The notes beneath the pieces were generated by a model. That model saw only the letters and a list, made by a program, of their open reading frames with translations, was not told the origin of the DNA and did not search any database. The translations under genes and the position numbers were made by a program. Shown piece after piece: positions 1-8,731 of a DNA stretch of 20,000 bases. Source of the stretch: an uncultured virus (IMG/VR IMGVR_UViG_3300018427_001843) (lineage: Duplodnaviria; Heunggongvirae; Uroviricota; Caudoviricetes). The stretch is from IMG/VR virus record IMGVR_UViG_3300018427_001843. One strand, 5' to 3'. Each line of letters starts with the position of its first letter. Positions within the stretch are counted from its first letter, which is position 1.

Positions 1-897
1 ATCTGGGTTCTTTCCAAGAATAAGCGTGCAGAACGTAAAGGCAAGATACAGCTCATTGATGCCTCGAACATTTATCACAAACTTAGAAAACCGCTTGGCA
101 TGAAGAAGAATGAATTCTCTGTCGAAGACCGTGCTGCTATTACCGAAATGTATGGCAACTTCAGCGAGACTGAGAACGTCAAGATATTCGACAACACTGA
201 GTTCATATACCGCGAGTACACGGTTATGCAGCCACTGCAGAGAAGCTATTCGATAACAGAGGACAGCATCCAGGCGATGCTTCAAGCGGGTGCTCTTTCG
301 GGTCTGTATGACGAGGCAAAGGTTGCAGAGCTTGAAGAGAAAGGCGTTGCTATCTCCGGCAAGGAGCAGTCGAAACTCGATAAGTACATCGAAAATAAGC
401 CGATTTACGAGGCTGTAATCGAGGCTCTGACAAACTCTATCTCTGACAGGAAATACCTCTCTGTAGGCGAATTTAAACCTGTTCTGGAGGATGTTCTGTC
501 AGGTATAGACGGCATCGACAAGTACGTTGCCAAGATCATCGATGGGCTTTCAGTCATGGATAAAACTGCTGAGATCCAGAGAGAGGTCAAAGGCAAGAAT
601 AAAGGCGAGATTATCTACGATAAGACCACTAAGGATACCGAAATCGTGAGATACGACGAAGACATAGAAGACTACATGGATCGTGAGGTACTTCCTCATG
701 TGCCTGATGCTATGTGGTTCTGGGAAGAGAATCTTGGGGCAAAGAAGCCGGTTATTAAAACAGGGGCAGAGATTATGTTTACAAAATACTTTTACAAATA
801 TCATGAGCCGGAAACAAGCGAAGCCCTTGCAAAGCGGTTCGCAGAACTTGAGGTGAAAGTTGATGATCGCATAAATAAATTATTTGGAAAGGCTTAA
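1..897 (+). CDS. hsdM: Type I restriction-modification methyltransferase subunit M, C-terminal part (5' end outside window)
   Basis: Frame 1 is open from base 1 (IWVLSKNKRAERKGKIQLIDAS...) to TAA 897. The C-terminal motifs REVLPHVPDA and GAEIMFTKYFY are typical of HsdM. It lies directly upstream of hsdS and hsdR. Confidence 0.93.
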   Translation: MWVLSKNKRAERKGKIQLIDASNIYHKLRKPLGMKKNEFSVEDRAAITEMYGNFSETENVKIFDNTEFIYREYTVMQPLQRSYSITEDSIQAMLQAGALSGLYDEAKVAELEEKGVAISGKEQSKLDKYIENKPIYEAVIEALTNSISDRKYLSVGEFKPVLEDVLSGIDGIDKYVAKIIDGLSVMDKTAEIQREVKGKNKGEIIYDKTTKDTEIVRYDEDIEDYMDREVLPHVPDAMWFWEENLGAKKPVIKTGAEIMFTKYFYKYHEPETSEALAKRFAELEVKVDDRINKLFGKA

Positions 898-899
898 TT

Positions 900-2147
900 A
901 TGAGAGAGATGAAGGATAGCGGTCATGCATGGATGGGAGATATTCCTGCTGACTGGGACACTAAAAGACTTCAATTCTGCTTAGAAGAGATAAAGGTTAA
1001 AAACAACCCGATACAGACAACGCAAGTCCTTTCACTAATGAAGGATGTAGGGGTTTTGCCATATGAAGAAAAAGGTGATGTTGGCAACAAATCCAAAGAA
1101 GATGTAAGTGAATATCATCTCGCATATCCTAATACGATCGTTCTTAATTGCATGAACATCCTTATCGGTTCGGTAGGAATATCGAAATATTTTGGGTGCG
1201 TAAGTCCTGTCTACTATGTTTTTAAAGAAACTGATGAATGTGATTTGCGATTTATCAATTACATATTCAATACGAGAGCGTTTCAGAAAGAACTTCGTAA
1301 ATATGCAAAGGGAATTCTTGAAATTAGATTAAGGGTTTCGGCAGATGATATTTTCAAAAGACGAATCCCTTTTCCTGATAAGCAAACGCAAATATTGATT
1401 GCAAACCACCTCGATGCTAAATGCGCCGAAATCGACGCGCTTACAACCGATATCCAGTCACAGATAGATACCCTTGAGCAGTATAAACGCTCAGTAATCA
1501 CAGAAGCTGTGACAAAGGGCCTTAATCCTGATGCCGAAATAAAGGATAGCGAAATCTTCTATATGGCACCATATAATACTTCGTGGCGATTATCGAAAAT
1601 CGGTTATGAATGCACCAAGCTAAGTAGACCATTCAACTCGGAAGACACGCCTCTTCTTTGCACGAATAAGGGCAAGGTTTCAATCCGTCCAGAGGAAATG
1701 GCAGGGAAAATGGTAAGTGAAGATAATGCTATGCAAGGCATACAAAAGGGTGACATTGCCATTCACGGAATGGATACCTGGCATGGAGCAATTGCTCTTT
1801 CAGAACATAACGGAAAGATAACACGTGTCGTACATGTTTGTGACAGCCCAAATGATAAGCGGTTCATTGTTTATTATTTACAACAGCTTGCATTTAATGG
1901 CGTATATAAATTAATTTCAAACGGCGTAAGAGGAAACACAAGTGATTTTCGTAGTTGGGATAAAGTCGCAGGCATATACATCGCATTACCCGATCGTGAT
2001 GAACAAAAGAGGATAGCTGATTACCTCGATGCCATGAGTAAAGAGGTGGAAGATATTATTTTTGAAAAGAAGAACCAGCTTGAGGTTCTTGATGAATATA
2101 AGAAGTCACTGATATACGAGTACGTAACCGGTAAGAAGGAGTTATAA
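900..2147 (+). CDS. hsdS: Type I restriction-modification specificity subunit S
   Basis: 415 aa. N-terminal MKDSGHAWMGDIPADW, two variable TRDs, two conserved helical spacers (QILIANHLDAKCAEID...KRSVITEAVTKG and EQKRIADYLD...KKSLIYEYVTGK). Confidence 0.95.
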   Translation: MREMKDSGHAWMGDIPADWDTKRLQFCLEEIKVKNNPIQTTQVLSLMKDVGVLPYEEKGDVGNKSKEDVSEYHLAYPNTIVLNCMNILIGSVGISKYFGCVSPVYYVFKETDECDLRFINYIFNTRAFQKELRKYAKGILEIRLRVSADDIFKRRIPFPDKQTQILIANHLDAKCAEIDALTTDIQSQIDTLEQYKRSVITEAVTKGLNPDAEIKDSEIFYMAPYNTSWRLSKIGYECTKLSRPFNSEDTPLLCTNKGKVSIRPEEMAGKMVSEDNAMQGIQKGDIAIHGMDTWHGAIALSEHNGKITRVVHVCDSPNDKRFIVYYLQQLAFNGVYKLISNGVRGNTSDFRSWDKVAGIYIALPDRDEQKRIADYLDAMSKEVEDIIFEKKNQLEVLDEYKKSLIYEYVTGKKEL

Positions 2148-5123
2148 ATGGTATTCACAAATGAAGTATTATCCGAAAAGGACTATCAGAAGTTCATTCT
2201 CGATAGGCTCAAAGACAACGGATATGAGATATGGCCTGCAAAGGACCATTATGACAGACTCTATGCCATAGATAGACCAGAACTGTTCAGATTTCTGAAC
2301 TCCACGCAGCCAGACAAGATGGTTGCACTGAATAAGGTTTACAAGGCCGATACAGAGAATGTCATTGCGGCCGCTATCAATGCCGAGGAGACAAAGGCTC
2401 GCGGAAGCAGGCTCGAAGTTCTGAAGCACGGCATAGATATCTCGAATATCCATCTGGATCTGCTGTACACGAAACCTGCAGTTCCATTTAATAAAGAGCT
2501 CACCGCTCTGTATGAGAAGAATATCTTCTCTGCTTCCGAGGAAGTATGGGCATCCGATGACGAGAGAATAGACATCGTCATCTACCTCAACGGACTGGCG
2601 ATCATGGCATTCGAGCTTAAGGCTAATACAGCCGGACAGAACTATCACGATGCCATAGAGCAGTTCCGCACCAAGAGAAACCCCAAGACAAGACTCTTCA
2701 GGTTTAAGGCAGGAGCTTTAGTATGCTTCGCTATGGACCTTGAAGAAGTATACATGACCACCAAGATTGACGAAGGAGCCACGAACTTCCTGCCTTTCAA
2801 TATGGGCAACGGCGAGGGCATCAACGCAGGTGCCGGCAATCCTATATTCAAGGATAAGTACAGTGTGTCATATATGTGGGAGAACATCCTTCAGAAAGAC
2901 TCTATTCTTGAGATCATAACGAAGTTCATGTTCATCCAGGTCAAGGAAAAGGATAACGCCAAGACAGGAAAGAAGAAGACAGAAGAAAACGTCATCTTCC
3001 CTCGTTATCATCAGCTTGATGTGCTTCGTAAGATCCTTGAAGATGTTGAATTTAATAAGTCTTCGCAGAACTATCTTCTGCAGCACTCTGCTGGCTCCGG
3101 AAAGACGAACGAGATCGCATGGCTATCATACAGACTTGCTTCTCTTCATGATGCCGATAACAAGGTCATATTCGACAATATCGTTATCTGCACTGACAGG
3201 GTCGTTGTAGATAGACAGCTCCAGCAGGCTGTTCTCTCTCTGGATTACAAGTCAGGCTTCATCAGAGTCATGGACGACAAGTGCAATTCCAATGACCTTG
3301 CGAAGGCTCTCACCGGTAATACGAAGATCATCGTTACAACGATCCAGAAGTTCCCGTATATTGTTGGTAACGTCAAGAATATGCAGGACAAGCACTTCGC
3401 TGTCATCATAGATGAGGCGCACTCCTCTACAGCCGGTAAGAACATGGCCTCCGTTACGTATGTTCTCAGCGATAATAATGTCGAAATGCGTAACGCAGAT
3501 ATGGAAGATGTCATCGTGAATGAGATCGCCCGCAGCGGTAAGCAGGAAAACGTATCGATGTTCGCATTCACTGCAACACCAAAGCCGACTACGCTTCAGC
3601 TTTTCGGCAAAACAAATGCTAAAGGACAGAAAGAAGCTTTCCACATCTACTCAATGAAGCAGGCTATAGAAGAGGGCTTCATACTTGATGTGCTTCAGAA
3701 CTACACGACATACGACACATTCTTTAGGCTAAATAAGGAAATTGAAGAAGACCCCGAGTATAAAACGAATGCAGCTAAGAAGGCTATTGCTCGCTTCGTA
3801 GAACTCCACGAAGTCAACATCGGACAGAGGATAGAGATTATCGTTGAGCATTTCAGGACTACTGTTATGAAAGAGCTTGGCGGGCAGGCCAAAGCTATGG
3901 TCATCACACCTTCGAGAGAAGCTGCTGTCAAGTACAGACAGGCATTCGAGGACTATGTTAAGAGAAAAGGCTACTCTGACATACACGCACTTGTAGCATT
4001 CTCCGGCAAGGTCTCTATTGACGGCGTTGAATATACCGAACCGGGCATGAATGGCTTCTCCGAGAAGGCTCTGCCTGCAGAGTTCGACAAGGACGAATAT
4101 CAGGTTCTTCTTGTAGCCGATAAGTATCAGACCGGCTTCGACCAGAAGAAGCTTTGCGCTATGTATGTACTCAAGTCACTTCACGGGGTATCGACAGTTC
4201 AGACTCTCTCAAGGCTGAACAGGATATGCCCGCCTTACGACAAGCACACATTCGTGCTCGACTTCGTGAACGACTATGACAGCATCATAAGAGATTTCTC
4301 GAAGTACTACACAACAACGCTGCTTTCGAACTCTGTATCGCCATCATCTGTTTACGATATCGAGGCGAAACTTGACGGTTACTACGTCATCGATCCTTCA
4401 GACATCGATGACTTCAATGATATCCTGTATAGCGAAAACATCGACGCAAAAGCAAGGAAGAAGATGGAGTATATGCTCCAGAAGACGAAGAAGACCATAG
4501 AAGACTACAGAAGCCCGGAAGAAGCGAATGAGATAGTTCTTACGATCAGGCACTTCATCAGATGCTACGAGTTCCTTATCCAGGCAACCTGCTTCGAGGA
4601 CAAAGAGCTCCACAAGAAGTACAACTTCGTCAGCTACCTTCAGTCATACCTGAAGCTCAACTCTTCTGGTGGAGGCTTTGACCTTAAAGGAAAGATCGAA
4701 GCATCGAACTTCACTCAGAAAAAAGAAGCAGAACACAAGAAAGCTAAGGTCAATCCGAACCCAATCACCAAGCTTCCGACAGCTGAGCAAATCGTCCTTA
4801 CGCCTCCTAAGAAAGAGCGCCTTTCAAGGATCATCGCAGAGATTAACAGCAGGACTGGAAAGACTTACGATGACGATGTCGCAGTCAAAGCTATGCTTCA
4901 GATTAGAGATATCATGATGAAGTCGGACGAACTCAAGGCAAGTGCCAGAAACAACACGGAGAAGGATTTCGAGTTCGCATATTTTGATAATATCGACGAT
5001 GCGCTCATTGAAGGTCTCAACCAGAATCAGGATTTCTTCACTCTTTTGCTTCAGAATGAGGAGATCAAGAAGGAAGTACTAGGCATCTTTACTGAGGAAA
5101 TATACAAGAGCTTAAGGGAGTAG
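2148..5123 (+). CDS. hsdR: Type I restriction endonuclease subunit R
   Basis: 991 aa. Nuclease motif IDIVIYLNGL...ELK, Walker A HSAGSGKT, DEAH box, FTATP, QTGFD and QTLSRLNR helicase motifs. Confidence 0.96.
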   Translation: MVFTNEVLSEKDYQKFILDRLKDNGYEIWPAKDHYDRLYAIDRPELFRFLNSTQPDKMVALNKVYKADTENVIAAAINAEETKARGSRLEVLKHGIDISNIHLDLLYTKPAVPFNKELTALYEKNIFSASEEVWASDDERIDIVIYLNGLAIMAFELKANTAGQNYHDAIEQFRTKRNPKTRLFRFKAGALVCFAMDLEEVYMTTKIDEGATNFLPFNMGNGEGINAGAGNPIFKDKYSVSYMWENILQKDSILEIITKFMFIQVKEKDNAKTGKKKTEENVIFPRYHQLDVLRKILEDVEFNKSSQNYLLQHSAGSGKTNEIAWLSYRLASLHDADNKVIFDNIVICTDRVVVDRQLQQAVLSLDYKSGFIRVMDDKCNSNDLAKALTGNTKIIVTTIQKFPYIVGNVKNMQDKHFAVIIDEAHSSTAGKNMASVTYVLSDNNVEMRNADMEDVIVNEIARSGKQENVSMFAFTATPKPTTLQLFGKTNAKGQKEAFHIYSMKQAIEEGFILDVLQNYTTYDTFFRLNKEIEEDPEYKTNAAKKAIARFVELHEVNIGQRIEIIVEHFRTTVMKELGGQAKAMVITPSREAAVKYRQAFEDYVKRKGYSDIHALVAFSGKVSIDGVEYTEPGMNGFSEKALPAEFDKDEYQVLLVADKYQTGFDQKKLCAMYVLKSLHGVSTVQTLSRLNRICPPYDKHTFVLDFVNDYDSIIRDFSKYYTTTLLSNSVSPSSVYDIEAKLDGYYVIDPSDIDDFNDILYSENIDAKARKKMEYMLQKTKKTIEDYRSPEEANEIVLTIRHFIRCYEFLIQATCFEDKELHKKYNFVSYLQSYLKLNSSGGGFDLKGKIEASNFTQKKEAEHKKAKVNPNPITKLPTAEQIVLTPPKKERLSRIIAEINSRTGKTYDDDVAVKAMLQIRDIMMKSDELKASARNNTEKDFEFAYFDNIDDALIEGLNQNQDFFTLLLQNEEIKKEVLGIFTEEIYKSLRE

Positions 5124-5133
5124 GAGGTGTAAC

Positions 5134-5298
5134 ATGCCAAGACCAAAGAAAGATAGTGTGAAGGTTAGCTACACCTTAGAGCGGGAAGTTGTTGATCTTC
5201 TCGACACCTTCTGTGAGAAAACTGGAAGAACTAAGACTAAAGTCGTTGAGATGGCAATAAAAGCATTTATCAAAGAACATCAAGAAAAGGATGGATAA
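5134..5298 (+). CDS. Small ribbon-helix-helix (CopG-like) DNA-binding protein, 54 aa
   Basis: Not in the ORF track. GGAGGT RBS, then MPRPKKDSVKVSYTLEREVVDLLDTFCEKTGRTKTKVVEMAIKAFIKEHQEKDG. The alternating beta strand, helix, G-x-T-K turn, helix pattern fits RHH. Confidence 0.8.
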   Translation: MPRPKKDSVKVSYTLEREVVDLLDTFCEKTGRTKTKVVEMAIKAFIKEHQEKDG

Positions 5299-5461
5299 AC
5301 AGACGCGTCAGAAGAAGTGAGAAGACTGGATGAAATCTATGATGCTCAGGGAAACCACTTAAATAAAGTAATGTGAGATACTGGAAAGAGCAAATATAAG
5401 AACCATTCTGAATCCATTAAGAGAAATTCGGATTAAGGTACAGATTCTTGAGCGAGTATAT

Positions 5462-5507
5462 AGCCATCCTTGCCATCGAGTGAGGGTGGCTCTTCTTGTG
5501 CTTTTTC
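5462..5507 (+). terminator. Probable intrinsic terminator after the RM/RHH operon
   Basis: AGCCATCCT...AGGGTGGCT inverted repeat followed by a pyrimidine/T-rich tract. Confidence 0.45.
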
Positions 5508-5560
5508 CCTTCCGTCGGCGGACAGCATCTTCCTCTGAGCCTACTCTTTTATTTTTCAAC

Positions 5561-5597
5561 ACTAAAGCACCAAAGCACTCTTCAAAACTAAAGCACC
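5561..5597. repeat. Short direct repeats AAAGCAC x3 (ACTAAAGCACC x2)
   Basis: ACTAAAGCACC at 5561-5571 and 5587-5597, plus AAAGCAC at 5572-5578. Confidence 0.7.
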
Positions 5598-5655
5598 GGT
5601 GGGTGGTGAATTAGCATTGAAAATTTACAATCAAATAACCCGTGCTAGGTTGACC

Positions 5656-5684
5656 TTGCTTTTCCGCCATCTATTACATATAAT
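5656..5684 (+). promoter_or_regulatory. Sigma-A type promoter, copy 1
   Basis: TTGCTT (5656-5661), 17 nt spacer, TATAAT (5679-5684). The same geometry recurs at 12507-12535. Confidence 0.85.
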
Positions 5685-5820
5685 ATAAATACGTTATTAA
5701 TGCTTTAACTATTATAAGCCGCGAGAGTATTCTCGGGGTTATTTTAGTTTTTGTGTTTATTAACGCAATACGTATTTATTTACAAGGAGGCGTGTCGATT
5801 TGGTTCGATGCGCTTTTTTG
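5676..5820 (+). repeat. Repeated structured leader, copy 1 (long hairpin plus terminator-like hairpin)
   Basis: Shares ACATATAATATAARTACGTTATTAATG and an identical 24-mer TTCTCGGGGTTATTTTAGTTTTTG with 12527-12660. ATAAATACGT (5685-5694) pairs with ACGTATTTAT (5770-5779). GCGTGTCGA/TCGATGCGC hairpin followed by T6 at 5790-5819. Confidence 0.85.
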
Positions 5821-5852
5821 CGTGAAGGAGGTATGAAAGGAGGTAATAAAAC

Positions 5853-6110
5853 ATGCCACAATTTCACGAAACGCAAGGAGGTAAGCCGATCATGTACGGA
5901 AAGCTTCCTGAGGCGCTGGATGCTGTCAAACGCTGCGCAAAAGCTCTGGAGCGAATCGCCGATTCTCTCGAAAAAAGAGTTGTGCAGGAGATAGTTCCTA
6001 TCGCAGCGGCAAGCCGCATGATAAGCGAAGGCTACCGTTGGGTAGACAAGTTCGAGGACAGAGGCGAACTCTTCGCGGTCTTTGAAAAGGAGGTGCTCCG
6101 TCGTGATTAA
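5853..6110 (+). CDS. Hypothetical protein, 85 aa
   Basis: AAAGGAGGT RBS; first gene after the leader; N-terminus MPQFHETQGGK followed by a helical ALERIADSLE segment. Confidence 0.8.
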   Translation: MPQFHETQGGKPIMYGKLPEALDAVKRCAKALERIADSLEKRVVQEIVPIAAASRMISEGYRWVDKFEDRGELFAVFEKEVLRRD

Positions 6111-6666
6111 GTACAGGGAAAACCTCAAAGAGCTTCTCGGACTCAATCTGCTGGATATCGGCTGGATCGCATCAGTAGATCCGGAAAAAGTCGAAGAATG
6201 CACGGATCCGAAGGTACTTGATCTTATCGAGGATCTTGCTCCGGACGGACTTCTCTCGTTGGCGGACGCAGAGAAGCATTCTCTGGAGAGCTATCTTGAG
6301 AAGGATGCGCTGCCATTCTTCGACGAATACGCTGTCGCCGAAACAATGGCAGACATAATCAGAGATGCGAAGCATTATCTGGTAATGGCGCATGGTTGCC
6401 GCTGGGACGGTGCGTCGGGTTATAAGATCGCCAATTCTGCCTGGGATGCTCTCAGCAGAAGCTATGACGTGACCATAATCCCGCATTCTGTTTCCCGAGG
6501 AGGCAAGACTCTCTGCTGCACTGAATACAGCCACGATGTTCCGATGGGAGGAAGAACTACTATCATCGCGCTCACTGACCGCGAGTATGAGTTTCTAAAC
6601 CACTGGGACACGTCGTTTGAAGCTGTTGAACGATTTGCCGCAGAGTGCGAGGCCCGCATGGGGTAA
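6103..6666 (+). CDS. Hypothetical protein (GTG start)
   Basis: AGGAGGT RBS before GTG 6103; overlaps the upstream stop; acidic composition like its neighbours. Confidence 0.8.
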   Translation: MIKYRENLKELLGLNLLDIGWIASVDPEKVEECTDPKVLDLIEDLAPDGLLSLADAEKHSLESYLEKDALPFFDEYAVAETMADIIRDAKHYLVMAHGCRWDGASGYKIANSAWDALSRSYDVTIIPHSVSRGGKTLCCTEYSHDVPMGGRTTIIALTDREYEFLNHWDTSFEAVERFAAECEARMG

Positions 6667-6684
6667 ATGACGAGGAGGTAATTT

Positions 6685-7167
6685 ATGGCTGAGAAATCGA
6701 TGGACTTCAAGAGGAAGCCTATCGGAGTCATCAAGTTCCATAAGGACGGGTGGAAGCGCGAGCTGAATCTCGTCTCATGGTACGGCAATCCATTCGAATA
6801 CGATATTCGAGACTGGAAACCCGGACACAAGAAGATGACCCGAGGAATTCACCTTGATCTCGATTCGATGAAAGCTTTCGTCAACGCCTATATGGAATGG
6901 CGAAAGGAAAACCGGGTCGAAAAGGGGACTCCGGTCAAGGAGATCAGAAGCGAATGCGGCGTACCTGTAGATGTGTATGCCGAAATCGCATCTCTCCCGA
7001 AAGAGACCAGAGACGGATTCAAATATCTCGTAAGGTCGGCATCCTGGAATGATCAGAAGGCTAAGGTGGATATCCGAGGCTGGAGAGGAAACAGGATGAA
7101 AACCGGAATTTCACTATCCCAGGAAGAGGCAGATGAGCTCTGCCGTCTTTTTCTGGAAACAGTCTAA
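6685..7167 (+). CDS. Tandem PC4/YdbC-like ssDNA-binding domain protein
   Basis: Two copies of the YdbC pattern: ELNLVSWYGNPFEYDIRDW...MTRGIHL and LVRSASWNDQKAKVDIRGW...MKTGISL. Confidence 0.8.
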   Translation: MAEKSMDFKRKPIGVIKFHKDGWKRELNLVSWYGNPFEYDIRDWKPGHKKMTRGIHLDLDSMKAFVNAYMEWRKENRVEKGTPVKEIRSECGVPVDVYAEIASLPKETRDGFKYLVRSASWNDQKAKVDIRGWRGNRMKTGISLSQEEADELCRLFLETV

Positions 7168-7225
7168 GCTAGAGGATACACAGGAAAATAGAACGATTCC
7201 GTGTGTCTGTGTAAAGGAGGAAAAT

Positions 7226-8386
7226 ATGAAAAACATAATCGCTAAAATTTCAGTGATGGCAATATGTGCTGCACTGATCGTCATGTACTGTGGTATCGTT
7301 CCAGCTTTTGCTGCGGACGCTGTTGAAGAATCTGAGGAAGTAACTGCTGAAATGGCTCCTGTAGACGTGTCGGATGAATCTGATTCCGAACTTGAACCGG
7401 AACCTGCGCCAGCAGAAGAAGCCGAAGAAGAGTCTGCAGATGAAAGTGTGTCTGAGGCTGAAATTTCCGATTCCGAGGAAGAAATTCTATCAGATGAAGA
7501 ATCAGCTGAAAGCAAGCCGGAAGAGGCTGTATGCGAGCCTGAGGCCGAATCAGAGGCATCTGACGATGCTTCGGATGATAGCAAAAGCACAGTTGATAAA
7601 TCTCTGTATCCTGAGATTAGTCAGCGTGTTATGGCTGGTGAAGGTTATGCGGATATCTCCGATCTTGGTATCTCCGCTGATCAGTCAGGCAGCCTGTCAG
7701 CCTATCTCGGTGCCTATGCCGACTCGGTAAGCTTCGCAACGAACGAAGGATGCATTACATATGTGTTCTTCAATGACATTGACGAAGAGGAGAATGCAGA
7801 AGCTGAAGCAGAAGCTGAAACAGAGGCGGAAGCTGAGGAATCTGAAGAGCACGAGGCAATAGAAATTGCCGATGAAGGCGACAGGATCATGAGCAGACTG
7901 TCTGAAACAGTCTGTAAGCGTCTTACGGACGGAAACGGATATGCCGATATTTCCGACCTGGGCGTTACTGAAAACCAGATCGATCTTCTGTCGGCCTGGC
8001 TGTCATCAACTTCAATATATGATTATGTATCATTCTTCAGCGATGGTGGTCATGTCATGTATGTGACAGTCGAGGATTCCGCAGACTACTGTGACGACTG
8101 CTTTGAGGATGAATCATTAGAGACCGCAGCTCCACGCCTGACGGGCTCGGATACAATCTATGCAGATGCAGAGGATCCCGTTGTCTATGCAGAGTGGACT
8201 GATGAAGACTCCGATGATTCGGAAGATGCCGAAGAAATAACGGATTCGGATGATGAAAACGCAGAAACGGATGAAGAGCTGCCGCTCGATGAGAACGAAC
8301 AGAGCCCGGAAGAGCCGGTTGGCGCTGTTATGGGATTTGCTCTTTGTATAGCTGCAGTACTGAGACATCTGTCGGGATGTCTATAA
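7226..8386 (+). CDS. Highly acidic exported protein with signal peptide, internal repeat and hydrophobic C-terminus
   Basis: AAAGGAGG RBS before ATG 7226. MKNIIAKISVMAICAALIVMYCGIVPAFA-AD signal peptide, E/D/S/A-rich linkers, two GYADISDLG repeats. Confidence 0.8.
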   Translation: MKNIIAKISVMAICAALIVMYCGIVPAFAADAVEESEEVTAEMAPVDVSDESDSELEPEPAPAEEAEEESADESVSEAEISDSEEEILSDEESAESKPEEAVCEPEAESEASDDASDDSKSTVDKSLYPEISQRVMAGEGYADISDLGISADQSGSLSAYLGAYADSVSFATNEGCITYVFFNDIDEEENAEAEAEAETEAEAEESEEHEAIEIADEGDRIMSRLSETVCKRLTDGNGYADISDLGVTENQIDLLSAWLSSTSIYDYVSFFSDGGHVMYVTVEDSADYCDDCFEDESLETAAPRLTGSDTIYADAEDPVVYAEWTDEDSDDSEDAEEITDSDDENAETDEELPLDENEQSPEEPVGAVMGFALCIAAVLRHLSGCL

Positions 8387-8439
8387 ATGACAGACGATAT
8401 ATAATTATTGTCAAGCAAGCGATGTCAATTGTTTTCATT

Positions 8440-8465
8440 GGGAGGGCCTTTGCCCTCCCTTTTTT
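8440..8465 (+). terminator. Intrinsic terminator-like hairpin
   Basis: GGGAGGGC-CTTT-GCCCTCCC followed by TTTTTT. Confidence 0.8.
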
Positions 8466-8485
8466 GGAAGTAAAAGGAGGAAAAA

Positions 8486-8731
8486 ATGGCAGAAACACTG
8501 CAAATAACAGACACAAGAACGAGCCCGTTTACGCTCTCAGACATCGGCTACAAAGATGGTGATCTGACAACGCTTAGGGCGCTCGCAAAGAATATGGCCA
8601 GTGTCAAGGATCTGCTTGGGGATGAATATATCCCTGTAAAGTGGATCAGAAAGTACGCAAGGGACTGGTGCCCCGATGCAATCGGCATATTCGACTATAT
8701 GATCGACTATTTTAAGGAGGAGGTAAAGTAA
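8486..8731 (+). CDS. Hypothetical protein, 81 aa
   Basis: AAAGGAGG RBS; TAATG stop/start coupling to the next gene. Confidence 0.8.
   Translation: MAETLQITDTRTSPFTLSDIGYKDGDLTTLRALAKNMASVKDLLGDEYIPVKWIRKYARDWCPDAIGIFDYMIDYFKEEVK

Noticed and set aside
5291..5436. Possible toxin partner gene after the RHH gene
   Set aside because: ATG 5291 stops after 9 codons and there is no continuous ORF or recognisable motif.
7790..7850. GAAGCN-type tandem repeats as a possible array
   Set aside because: They simply encode EAEAEAE low-complexity protein. No CRISPR-like repeat-spacer array was seen anywhere in the window.
8386..8430. Minus-strand promoter from two TTGACA hexamers
   Set aside because: No good -10 at 16-18 nt spacing for either. 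The TGTCAA pair could be a binding site but there is no further support.
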